The notes beneath the pieces are model-generated. The model made no database searches and was not told the origin of the DNA. It saw only the letters and a list, made by a program, of their open reading frames with translations. Shown piece after piece: positions 40,601 through 49,431 of a DNA stretch of 64,000 nt (positions within the stretch are counted from its first letter, which is position 1; every line of letters starts with the position of its first letter). The stretch comes from an uncultured SAR86 cluster bacterium (lineage in GTDB: Bacteria > Pseudomonadota > Gammaproteobacteria > Magnimaribacterales > AG-339-G14): NCBI GenBank assembly GCA_902542145.1, contig CACBTL010000005.1, positions 5,735-69,734 of the forward strand. Reading direction: 5' to 3'. A program made the position numbers and the translations under genes.

Positions 40601-40797
40601 CATGGAACGAACTTTCAGCTCAGATCACAGTTACTCCATCTGATAAAGCTTGGTTTGTTTCATTCTATGGTCAAAATATTACCGATGAAGAAAACATTGA
40701 CTTTATGGGTCTAGGAAGTTCAGCTGTTGGTAATACAAGAGGAATTGCTGCAAGAGAAAGAGCTCGTTACGGAGTTAGAGCTGGATACAATTTCTAA
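37654..40797 (+). CDS. TonB-dependent receptor 2
   Basis: Signal peptide, LEEVTVTAQR, RIEVIRGPAGTLFG, C-terminal YNF. Confidence 0.95.
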   Translation: MSVRNLSTSFLVLTLIFTGIAFSQDSGLEEVTVTAQRQEQSLQDIPLAVSALTEDDLFDQQIEGPSDLQLTVPSLRFGSDQFSGGGGFEIRGVTNLAVSATADAGVATHVNDLAIGSTTLQDGNFFDMQRIEVIRGPAGTLFGQNSVGGALNFITAKGDTSGFYGNVRADVGDYGRLGTTAVFNIPLDDKVALRIATNTLVQDGLIENTYKGSGGFQNTDNRNQSAYRMTLTVEATDNTTINVVHQGSIEDSNRNLFAGTWCDRDPSLVVGCTPVEVQNQKFEITHPMGTFVENLLVAMGVLDFTPVTDMSGAPQEFWQVNQRGAPLYQVDEYLTQLIIEHKINDDLSLTAAASRKDRKFLRQSSYASPTLQALRFKDTPASPGGLVVMSGYSPGRDGGFASNPAGCDDVTAGLYGLYGGCVLDTLSYPTGFDHSNALADTDSVEMKISSDYDGNHNFLIGLNYTDTFSDNHYDVGATGLDALAYKPPSLYVGPTNAALGIQLYPSLYRTDSLNTITSSSIFGEYYFQAREDLRLTFGLRYNEDYKESLSRQAFVNVAGYAPGAISDGAAAAIVGELPSSAQTDPLIAGMAQTVAGQQAGLLPAGAAAALWESVFCPSNGGFCALAGSIPDYGEVYRTTTGFDPEMEFSSTTGRFVVDYFINDDSMMYASISKGFKGGGINPAVDPIVFPNVPLAFPETNVWNVEIGFKNEFPDAGVRFNAAVFASQFDGYHVTKIIKKTSLNEGVDVDIMGAEFDLLYVPPSVPGLSVNASLSFTQSTIADGESALDPHNHDLQLTGGGKDWHLMKDVESEFFIVKKEALAAIWNSWLTETVTGGAATTPLDGIVAASAGTVSTEDLMAGLIPAEFHGDRTLGQPTPVSYLVPALGLTPAEGHLPSLADRSALGTMAQLHGFNLNPAAPDIQDGLDSDLSGNQLVHPDVMANVGLGYELDAGPVMVNFRLDYYYQGSRYVRIFNLPSDKLDPWNELSAQITVTPSDKAWFVSFYGQNITDEENIDFMGLGSSAVGNTRGIAARERARYGVRAGYNF

Positions 40798-40814
40798 AGC
40801 AAAACTTAACCTAC

Positions 40815-40844
40815 AAAAAACCCTGCTTAATTGCAGGGTTTTTT
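40815..40844 (+). terminator. Intrinsic terminator
   Basis: AAAAAACCCTGC-TTAATT-GCAGGGTTTTTT. Confidence 0.9.
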
Positions 40845-41011
40845 CTTTTATTTGAAGGCTTAGCTATACAATATAATTGTTTTTGAATTCACAAAGTTTT
40901 TCTTGACTATAAGGTAAATTATAAAAATCAAATAAAAAAATATTTAACTTTTTCAGTAATTAGGTTAGATTAGCTGTAGTTAAATTGATTTAAATAAACA
41001 AGGGAGTGTTT

Positions 41012-44000
41012 ATGTTAAACTTCACGTCTAAAAGCTTTGTTTTATTAGCTTTATTTTCATTCAGTCCAGTATACTTTTCTCAAGACAGCGGTTCTTCGTT
41101 GGAAGAAGTAATAGTTACAGCACAAAGGCAAGCCCAAAGCCTTCAAGATGTCCCATTGGCAGTGTCTTCTTTATCAAATAAAGATTTACTTGAACAACAA
41201 ATAGAAACACCAGGAGATTTAGCACTTACGGTGCCTTCATTAAGATTTTCCGGCTCAAGATTTGGGGGCGCAGGAGGTTTTGAAATTAGAGGGATTACAA
41301 ATTTAGCAACTTCTACAACTGCTGATGCCGGTGTAGCTGTTCATATAAATGATTTAGCTATTGGTGTTGGAGCGCTTCAAAGTAACAGGATCATGGATAT
41401 GAGTCGTGTTGAGGTAATTAGAGGACCTGCGGGTACACTTTTCGGTGCTAGTGCTGTTGGTGGTTCGATAAACTTCATAACAAATAAAGCAGAAGTAGAT
41501 AGTTTTTATGGAAGCACGAAAATTGATTTGGGAGATTACGGCAGGCTTGGCACAGATACTGTTTTTAATATTCCTTTAGATGATTCTGTTGCCCTAAGAA
41601 TTGCAGCTTCCACCTTAAAACAAGACGGTTTAATTGAAAATATTTATAAAGATGGTTTCCAAGATTTGGATAATAGAAATGATAGATCATATCGAGCAAC
41701 TTTAACTTTTGAAGCTTCAGACGCTACAACGATTCATTTAATTCACGATGTTTACGATGAGGATTCAAATAGAAATGTTTTTGTTGGTCGTTATTGTGTT
41801 CAAGCAGCATCTATGATTGATGGATGTTTGAGGGTAAACATAGAAGACCAGAAATTTGAAGTTCCTCACCCTCAAGGAACCTTAACACCTAACTTACTTT
41901 TACTTGCAGGAGTAGACAATCCTACTACATCAAGTGATCTTTCTGGGGTGCCCCAAGAATGGTGGCAGGCTAACGAGAGAGGTACTCCAATTTACGATGC
42001 TGAGATCGAAACAACTCAATTATTGATTGAGCATGAATTAGAAGATATGACTGTTAACATTGGAATACAAAGAAGATTGAGGGATTTCCTAAGAAGAAGT
42101 TCTTATGCTTCTCCAGATTTAGTTAAAGAAAGATTTAATGTAACTCCTGTTACCCCAGGAGGACTTGTTCAGATGTCCGGATACGGTCCTGGATGTGATT
42201 TACTAAGCGGTACTCAAGGTGTTACTGGTGGATGTATAGCAGACACCATAAATTACGATACCTCATACGATAACAATTATTCTTACGATCAAGTTGACGT
42301 AATTGAATTTAAGTTGGTGTCGGACTTTGACGGACAACATAACTTTTTATTCGGAGCTAATTATGCAGATACATTTGTTGATTCAAGTTATGAGGTAATT
42401 GCACCTGGACTTGATGTTTTGGCTCTGCAAACCCCAGCTGCTTTCTTACCTTTAGCAGCGCAACCTTTGGCTGCTGTTGGTATTCAAGCGTATCCTGGAA
42501 ACTTCAATACTATTACAAACACAAGCATTGAGAACCAATCTGTTTTTGGAGAATATTACTTTCAAGCAAGAGATGATTTAAGATTCACTTTTGGATTGAG
42601 ATATTCTGAAGATAAAAAGGCTGCTCCACAAGGAGTTTACTTCCTTAATGTGCTTGGTTTCAGGCAAGGAGTTATATCAGATGCGCAGGCTGCAGCCGTA
42701 ACAGATGGCGCCGTCCCAACGGCAGCTGCTTGGGAAGCTACATTCTGTCCAGACGTTGGTAACTTCTGTCCTGTAGCTGGAGCTCTTCCTACTATTGGTT
42801 CAGATTACGCAGCATTAGGTTTACCAAGTGAAGTTGATTTTGCTGCATTTACAGGAAGATTCGTAATTGATTATTTTATAAATGAAGATTCAATGATGTA
42901 CGTTTCATTAAATAAAGGTTTCAAAGGAGGAGGAATTAACCCTGCGATAGATCCAGCTGTCTTTCCAGACACTCCTCTTGCTTTTCCTGAGTCAGATGTT
43001 ATTGGCTTTGAAATAGGTTTCAAAAATGAATTTCCTGATCAAGGCGTAAGGTTTAATGTTTCAGCATTCTACAATGCCTTTGAAAATTATCATGTCACCA
43101 AGTTAGTAAATAGGGTTGCCTTAAATGAAGGTTTAGATGTGGACATCATGGGTCTGGAAGCAGATTTATTGTATGTACCTCCATCAGTTCCAGAATTCTC
43201 ATTAAATGCCAACTTCTCTTATATCTCTTCAGAGATAGCTGATGGTACTTCACAAATTAATCCTGTAAACAAGGATTTACAATTAACGGGTGGAGGCGCT
43301 TTATGGCACCAAGTTATGGATGCTCAAAGTAATAGGTTTATTATTACTAAGGAAGCTATGGGTGCTATTTATTCTTCTTGGCTAGCTGAAGCAACTACTC
43401 TAGGGCAAGCAGTAACTCCATTAGATGGAATTGTAGCTCTAACTGGTGGTGCCACACAGACAGCAGCTTTATTGGCTAACATTATTCCAATAGAGTTTCA
43501 CGGAGATAGATCATATGGAGCACAAACACCAGTTAGCTATTTTGCGCCAGCATTAGGAGTTTTACCTTCAGCAGGTCATCTACCTTCTATTGTTGGAACA
43601 AGAAGCACTCTGCAGGTGATGGCGCAACTTCATGGATATGATCTTGTTGATGGAACAGATATAAAGGACGGCCTAGAGCAGGATATTTCTGGAAATCAAC
43701 TGACACATCCTGATTTGACAGCTTCAGTTGGTGCGGCTTATTTACTAGATGCTGGACCAATTAATGTTAATTTCAGATTAGATTATTATTACAGAGGAGA
43801 AAGATATATTTCTCAATTTAATTTACCTAGCGATAAGTTGAGTGGTTGGGATGAAATAAATGCTCAAATAACTCTTGCACCATCTGATAATGCCTGGTTT
43901 GTTCAGTTTTATGGGCAAAACATAACTGATGAGCAAAACTTAGAATTTTTGAATATTAGTGATCAAAATGAAGGTTATGTAAATACTATAATTGGAAGAG

Positions 44001-44041
44001 AAAGAGCTAGATACGGAATACGTGCTGGTTACAATTTCTAA
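41012..44041 (+). CDS. TonB-dependent receptor 3 (paralog of receptor 2)
   Basis: ATG 41012 follows SD AGGGAG; LEEVIVTAQR, RVEVIRGPAGTLFG, C-terminal ERARYGIRAGYNF nearly identical to receptor 2. Confidence 0.95.
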   Translation: MLNFTSKSFVLLALFSFSPVYFSQDSGSSLEEVIVTAQRQAQSLQDVPLAVSSLSNKDLLEQQIETPGDLALTVPSLRFSGSRFGGAGGFEIRGITNLATSTTADAGVAVHINDLAIGVGALQSNRIMDMSRVEVIRGPAGTLFGASAVGGSINFITNKAEVDSFYGSTKIDLGDYGRLGTDTVFNIPLDDSVALRIAASTLKQDGLIENIYKDGFQDLDNRNDRSYRATLTFEASDATTIHLIHDVYDEDSNRNVFVGRYCVQAASMIDGCLRVNIEDQKFEVPHPQGTLTPNLLLLAGVDNPTTSSDLSGVPQEWWQANERGTPIYDAEIETTQLLIEHELEDMTVNIGIQRRLRDFLRRSSYASPDLVKERFNVTPVTPGGLVQMSGYGPGCDLLSGTQGVTGGCIADTINYDTSYDNNYSYDQVDVIEFKLVSDFDGQHNFLFGANYADTFVDSSYEVIAPGLDVLALQTPAAFLPLAAQPLAAVGIQAYPGNFNTITNTSIENQSVFGEYYFQARDDLRFTFGLRYSEDKKAAPQGVYFLNVLGFRQGVISDAQAAAVTDGAVPTAAAWEATFCPDVGNFCPVAGALPTIGSDYAALGLPSEVDFAAFTGRFVIDYFINEDSMMYVSLNKGFKGGGINPAIDPAVFPDTPLAFPESDVIGFEIGFKNEFPDQGVRFNVSAFYNAFENYHVTKLVNRVALNEGLDVDIMGLEADLLYVPPSVPEFSLNANFSYISSEIADGTSQINPVNKDLQLTGGGALWHQVMDAQSNRFIITKEAMGAIYSSWLAEATTLGQAVTPLDGIVALTGGATQTAALLANIIPIEFHGDRSYGAQTPVSYFAPALGVLPSAGHLPSIVGTRSTLQVMAQLHGYDLVDGTDIKDGLEQDISGNQLTHPDLTASVGAAYLLDAGPINVNFRLDYYYRGERYISQFNLPSDKLSGWDEINAQITLAPSDNAWFVQFYGQNITDEQNLEFLNISDQNEGYVNTIIGRERARYGIRAGYNF

Positions 44042-44055
44042 AATAAAGTAGCATT

Positions 44056-44088
44056 AAAAAAAACCCCACTTTAATGTGGGGTTTTTTT
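44056..44088 (+). terminator. Intrinsic terminator
   Basis: AAAAAAAACCCCAC-TTTAAT-GTGGGGTTTTTTT. Confidence 0.9.
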
Positions 44089-44124
44089 ATAATAAACGAT
44101 CAGATATTGAATAATTCCATTTAC

Positions 44125-45135
44125 ATGAAAATTTTAAACAACATCTCTGGAATATTAATTCTTTTAAATATTGCTGACCAAATATTATCTTCAAGCAGTT
44201 TAATACCAGAAAATATTTATTTTAATATCTTCGTTATTGCCTCTTATTGTTTTTTCGTTTTTGAATTTGTCTGCAGAATAATCTTTGAGAGAAAATTCTC
44301 TTTTTTATTGTTACTCGATTTAATTGTATTAATCAATTACATTTTCCTGGGATTCTATGATTTAAGAATATTAAGAATCTTCAGGGTGTATTCGATTTAT
44401 AGCAATCATAAGATGTTGCTTCCTACAAACACTTTGTTAAGGACCGTATATAACCAACGTTTAGCGTTATTAGGGTCTCAGATAATGGTTTTTTCTGTTC
44501 TGTTGATTTTTTCTACTTTAATTCACTTTATTGAAAGGGATATAAACCCTGAATACTTTGGATCCATTCTTAACTCAATGTGGTTTGGAATAGCTACCTT
44601 AACAACAGTAGGATATGGGGATGTAACTCCTTCATCTCCTTTAGGTCAAGTTTTAACATCTTTAACGATGTTTTTAGGTATAGGAATGTTTGCATTACCT
44701 GCAGCAATCTTAGCTTCAGCTTATTATGAGGAAATTCAAAAAAGAAACTTTCTTATCACGATGGAAACAATTTCAAGTATTCCATTATTCTCTATGTTGC
44801 CAATAGGTGCTTTAAGTAAAATTAATGATAAGTTGGTTGCGGAAATTTATCCTGCTAAAAGAAAAATTATTGAAAAAGGTGATGAGGCAGATTGCATGTA
44901 TATTATTGAGTTTGGTTCGGTGCAAGTTGAAATTGAATCACCTGTGACCTTGGGACAGGGTGATTATTTTGGTGAAAAAGGAATACTATCTAAAGATGTT
45001 CGAAATGCCTCGATAAGCTCCTTAGAAGAAGTTAAATTACTTTCGCTATCTAAAGAAGCTTTGGAAGAATTAATGGAAGAGTATCCACATCTCTTTGAAG
45101 AACTTGAAAAGGTAAGTTTAGATAGAACCGGTTAA
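44125..45135 (+). CDS. Cyclic-nucleotide-gated potassium channel (MloK1-like)
   Basis: Start moved to ATG 44125 because 44074 lies in the terminator; S4 LRILRIFR, filter TTVGYGD, CNBD with FGE...R.AS phosphate-binding cassette. Confidence 0.9.
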   Translation: MKILNNISGILILLNIADQILSSSSLIPENIYFNIFVIASYCFFVFEFVCRIIFERKFSFLLLLDLIVLINYIFLGFYDLRILRIFRVYSIYSNHKMLLPTNTLLRTVYNQRLALLGSQIMVFSVLLIFSTLIHFIERDINPEYFGSILNSMWFGIATLTTVGYGDVTPSSPLGQVLTSLTMFLGIGMFALPAAILASAYYEEIQKRNFLITMETISSIPLFSMLPIGALSKINDKLVAEIYPAKRKIIEKGDEADCMYIIEFGSVQVEIESPVTLGQGDYFGEKGILSKDVRNASISSLEEVKLLSLSKEALEELMEEYPHLFEELEKVSLDRTG

Positions 45136-45884
45136 TTAAACGAATAAGAAAATTTTGTACTCAGACCTTGATCATCTTCAACAGCATTTAATATAGGTTC
45201 TGAATCGTAAGCAATATCGTACTGCAGACTGATACTAAATTTTTCATTAACTTTAAAATTAAAAGCCATTAAGAAACTTGTTTTGTAATCGTTAAAATCT
45301 AATATATCGGGCTGATAATAAATAGTTGTATTGAAGTTAACGTTTTCAGCGATTTCAAAATTATCATGAAAATAAAGAGAGAATCTTGTTGCATCAGTGA
45401 TTGAATCTTCTAAATCAGTTTCCTCTTCATAAATAACGCCTGCTCCAAATCTCATTTGATCATCTATGATCGTTCTTAGACCGGTACCAAATAAGTTTCT
45501 CTCTCTGAATAACCTAAAAGGATTTTTAGCGGACTGGATAAAGAATTCAGTATGGTATTGATTGTATGTTTCAAAGACAGATCTTATATGAATGAGTTGC
45601 GATATATCTGTGACGTTTTGATTAATTTTCCTTTCAGACTTTCTTAGAATCATGAAATTCTCGACATCATCAAGATTGTAGTCAAATCTTAGATCAAAAG
45701 AATAGAAATCTCTGTCTCTATTTCCTCTAGAGGCATTTAAAGAAAAACCAAGACCGGCAAAAAAACCTTCTTTACCCTCGTTTCTTAACTCTTCTATGTT
45801 CACAATAGTCTGAGAAATAGCTATTGACGGCAAAAATAGTGCAATAAAGAGGAGTTTACTTAGTTGTTGCAACATATGCTCCAT
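45132..45884 (-). CDS. DUF481-like outer-membrane beta-barrel protein
   Basis: Signal peptide then IVNIE, G...ASRGN, amphipathic strands, YYQP, YDSEP, C-terminal FSYSFN. Confidence 0.75.
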   Translation of the reverse strand: MEHMLQQLSKLLFIALFLPSIAISQTIVNIEELRNEGKEGFFAGLGFSLNASRGNRDRDFYSFDLRFDYNLDDVENFMILRKSERKINQNVTDISQLIHIRSVFETYNQYHTEFFIQSAKNPFRLFRERNLFGTGLRTIIDDQMRFGAGVIYEEETDLEDSITDATRFSLYFHDNFEIAENVNFNTTIYYQPDILDFNDYKTSFLMAFNFKVNEKFSISLQYDIAYDSEPILNAVEDDQGLSTKFSYSFN

Positions 45885-48039
45885 TCCAATTTGGATCAGC
45901 TAAATTAAGCTTCATGTCTTTAATTCTGTCTTTAAAAATAGCGTAGTATAAATCAAACTCTGTAACTTGTTGCTCCCATTTCTCAATAAAATTTAAAGCT
46001 ATATCCCATTTTTGATTTCTGTAATTATTAAGAAATTCTTCATGATCTTTACTGAACTCGGATAATTTTCCATCTTTCAAAGAGAATTTATCAAAAGAAG
46101 TATAAATTTTTACAGGTTCATTTTTTCCTTTCACTTGAATTAGATCTAATTCGAAAAGATTTGTATTTGATTTAAGACCATTCACTGTTTCTTGTCCAAG
46201 AATCCTCTGAAATCCATAAGTTCCAGATTGACCTTCTAATCTTGAAGCTAGGTTTACAGGGTCACCTAAGACCGTGTAATCAAACCTTTTTTCTGAACCC
46301 ATATTTCCAACAATACATTCACCGGTATTGATTCCGATACCAATTTTTAGTTCCATTCCTTTTTGTTTTTCAAATTCAATATTAAATTCCTTTAACGCTT
46401 TTTCCATATCAAAAGAAGCTTTTAAAGCTAAATCGGTATGATTGTCTTGATCTGTGGGTGCATTCCAAAAGGCCATAATGCAATCTCCCATATATTTATC
46501 AATCGTGCCTGCGTTATCTAAAATTTCATTTGATAGTACTGTAAGGAGGTTATTTATAAGTTCCGTTAGCTCTTCAGGGTTGGATTTATAACTTTCTGAT
46601 ATGGCTGTAAATCCTCTGATATCAGAAAATAGAAAGGTCATATTCTTCTTCTCTCCACCAAGCTTCAGCGACTCGCTTGATTCAGCAAGTCTAGAAACCA
46701 TTTCCGGGGCTAAATATTGAGAGAATGCCGTTCTAACCTTACTTCTTTCTAATTCAGTAAAAAGAAAATTAAAGAAAGTGATTATTAAGTAACTTGTTAA
46801 GCATATTATTAAAGGAGAAATAGGATCTATTAAATAATCTAATTCGTTGAAACCATAGAAAGAACCATAAAGGCTGCTTAAATTTGCTACTAAAAATGTT
46901 ATCAAGCCTCCGATAGGACCAAAATATTGAATGATTAAGCAAATCAAAATAGAAAAAAGTAAGCCAAATAAAAACTCTGCTCCTTCCATCCAATCTGGTC
47001 TAACTAAAAAATCTCCATTTATAATTTGTTGAATTCCTTGAGCAATGATCGTGACACCAGGTATATCGTTCTCAAGAGACGTATTTCTAATATCTAGCAG
47101 TCCTGACGCACTTGTGCCTACAAGGACAATCTTTCCTGCAAAGAATTCTTTATCGTAAGCATTATTTATGACTTCAAAAGCTGGAATAATGTTCAAATTT
47201 TTTTTAAATGTTGAATGTAGCCAGAGGTAACCGTTTGAATTAGTTGGAATTATTACGTTTCCAAGTTTTACGTTGTTGATACCAGTACTTTCACCAAATG
47301 CTAACTCTCCTGATGCATTAGACGACTTGATTTGATACGTGCTTGCTCCTATCGCAACCCTTAAGGTTTCCAGCATCAAAGATGGTACTATCTGTCCATT
47401 CACTACTTCAAATGTTGGCAGGCTTCTGACAATGCTTGAATTTCCTCCAATACTCATAGACCCAACTCCAGCAGAAGAATCAATTAAAGTGGGTAAATTG
47501 TTTTGCATGCCCGTGTATTTAGGAAGAAATTCTTTTGGTGAGTCACCTTGTATTATTAGGCCGTATTTAGGTGATATATCTTCAGTTATTAATTTATTAT
47601 TTGGTGCACTTCCCAGAACAACAGTAGAGTGTGATTCCATAGACTCTGCAAAAACTCTGTCATTTGGTTTTATTTTTTTTAACTCTTTAATAAGATCAGA
47701 ATTTGCTGAATATTGCTCAGAAAGAACGTCACTTCCAGTTCTATCTCTTTCAGCAAAAACGATATCAAATGATGTAGTGAGAGCCTGCTCTGTATTAGTA
47801 ACTAATCTAGATAATAGATCTCTAGACCATGGCCATTGACCTAGATTATTTAGCGACTGATCATCAATATCAATTATTACAACGGGATCATCTTCTAACT
47901 TATCCCTTGGGCTTATTTGTTGCAAAGTATCGAAAGCAAACAATCTTAAATCATTAAAAATATTTAATGGATTCGCTAAAGGAATTAACGCTATTAAAAT
48001 AGCTAAAGGTAGAAGTAATTTTTTATAAATGTTCTTCAT
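45856..48039 (-). CDS. CHASE2-sensor class III adenylate cyclase
   Basis: VVIIDIDD.SL..LGQWPWSR, FDIVFAE (CHASE2); 3 TM; FSDIRGFT, DKYMGD, RFDYTVLGDPVNLASRLE with Lys/Asp ATP-specificity residues. Confidence 0.95.
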   Translation of the reverse strand: MKNIYKKLLLPLAILIALIPLANPLNIFNDLRLFAFDTLQQISPRDKLEDDPVVIIDIDDQSLNNLGQWPWSRDLLSRLVTNTEQALTTSFDIVFAERDRTGSDVLSEQYSANSDLIKELKKIKPNDRVFAESMESHSTVVLGSAPNNKLITEDISPKYGLIIQGDSPKEFLPKYTGMQNNLPTLIDSSAGVGSMSIGGNSSIVRSLPTFEVVNGQIVPSLMLETLRVAIGASTYQIKSSNASGELAFGESTGINNVKLGNVIIPTNSNGYLWLHSTFKKNLNIIPAFEVINNAYDKEFFAGKIVLVGTSASGLLDIRNTSLENDIPGVTIIAQGIQQIINGDFLVRPDWMEGAEFLFGLLFSILICLIIQYFGPIGGLITFLVANLSSLYGSFYGFNELDYLIDPISPLIICLTSYLIITFFNFLFTELERSKVRTAFSQYLAPEMVSRLAESSESLKLGGEKKNMTFLFSDIRGFTAISESYKSNPEELTELINNLLTVLSNEILDNAGTIDKYMGDCIMAFWNAPTDQDNHTDLALKASFDMEKALKEFNIEFEKQKGMELKIGIGINTGECIVGNMGSEKRFDYTVLGDPVNLASRLEGQSGTYGFQRILGQETVNGLKSNTNLFELDLIQVKGKNEPVKIYTSFDKFSLKDGKLSEFSKDHEEFLNNYRNQKWDIALNFIEKWEQQVTEFDLYYAIFKDRIKDMKLNLADPNWNGAYVATTK

Positions 48040-48076
48040 TTTCTTTAAATAAAACCTTTATAATTGACGCCTTGTC

Positions 48077-49399
48077 ATGTTTGTTAGATATATTTTATTA
48101 CTATTTATCTATTGTTTCGGTGTTTTTGTATTAGCGCAAAACGTACCACCGACTATATCGGATCCTGAGCAATTAGAAACCATTAGAAAAGAAAGGCAAG
48201 CTATTTTTGATGAATTAATAGAGGATCCAACTAATCAAGGTAATTTATTTAAATACGCCAACCTATCAATTATTTTAGGAGATTTAGAGGCTGCGATAGG
48301 GGTTTTTGAACAAATGCTAATTTACGATCCTACTCTGGCAAGAATCAGGCTAGAACTAGGAGTGCTTTATTTCAGGCTAGAAGCTTACGCTCCAGCAAAA
48401 CTATACCTTAATAGTGTAAAAGACTATGATCCACCTCAGGAAGTTATTACAAAAGTTGAATCCTTTTTGGCAGCTATCGAAGAACAGGAAAAACCACTGA
48501 CAGTTAATCAATTGATGACTTTTGGACTTGCTAGCTCTACAAATGCCAACGCCGGTATAGATGCCGATATTATAGAAATTGCTGGTTTTCCTCTTGAGGT
48601 TTCTCCTGATTCAAAACCGCAATCTGATTCAAAATTTTCTGTCAATTACAATTTATCTTTGACTCAAAATTTGAATAACCCTCGCGGTGATGCAATTAAT
48701 TATTTTCTTGCAGTTGCAACCACCTATCAATCTAGATTTACACAATTTGATCAAAGAAGTTTTGTTTTTGGTTTAAATAGTAGATTAGATGTAGAGGAGG
48801 GTAGTTTAGGAGTACTAAAAAATCCATCGGTAACTCCAAGTTTTACGAGAATTCAAGTTTACTTACAAGGAGAGCCCCTGCTTGAATCTAATGCTTTCAG
48901 CGTGAGTCACTCCGGATCTTTATCGAACGGTTCTGTTTTTGAATATGGTTTTAACGTAGATAAAAGAAATTTTATTGGGTTAGACGCAAAGAGCGGTTAT
49001 CGATACGGAACCTTTGTAAATAATACCTTTAATCTTTCGAATAATAACTCCAGTTGGACTATGAATATTTTCTCAGATAAATACGAAGCCAATCAAAAAT
49101 TTGAGTCTTTTAGACAATGGGGTTTTGGTTTTAATTATAGAATGCCTCTCCCAGATGCATGGGTTATGGCTACAAATTATGATTGGTCTACTAAAAACTA
49201 TCTTGCTCCTAATGGTCCTCTTGGAACAAGAAAAGACATTAACGAATCATCAGATTTAACCTTTTCAAGACTTTATATAAATTGTTTGTCTATGAATATT
49301 TTTCTAAAACCGTTTGATAATAGAAGCAGCATTGATATATTTTCAAGAAGTAACACTGATGTAGGTGTGAACCTTTCTTATCTCTGCTTAAATAACTAA
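48077..49399 (+). CDS. TPR + outer-membrane beta-barrel protein (DUF560/SLAM-like)
   Basis: Signal peptide; TPR helices (AIGVFEQML..DP...RIRLELG.LY); S.TNAN barrel start; amphipathic strands. Confidence 0.65.
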   Translation: MFVRYILLLFIYCFGVFVLAQNVPPTISDPEQLETIRKERQAIFDELIEDPTNQGNLFKYANLSIILGDLEAAIGVFEQMLIYDPTLARIRLELGVLYFRLEAYAPAKLYLNSVKDYDPPQEVITKVESFLAAIEEQEKPLTVNQLMTFGLASSTNANAGIDADIIEIAGFPLEVSPDSKPQSDSKFSVNYNLSLTQNLNNPRGDAINYFLAVATTYQSRFTQFDQRSFVFGLNSRLDVEEGSLGVLKNPSVTPSFTRIQVYLQGEPLLESNAFSVSHSGSLSNGSVFEYGFNVDKRNFIGLDAKSGYRYGTFVNNTFNLSNNNSSWTMNIFSDKYEANQKFESFRQWGFGFNYRMPLPDAWVMATNYDWSTKNYLAPNGPLGTRKDINESSDLTFSRLYINCLSMNIFLKPFDNRSSIDIFSRSNTDVGVNLSYLCLNN

Positions 49400-49431
49400 A
49401 CTTAAATTTTACTTGAGTATATAATCCGCTG

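Noticed and set aside
44074-44124. Upstream ATG for the K+ channel
   Set aside because: It falls inside the terminator hairpin of receptor 3.
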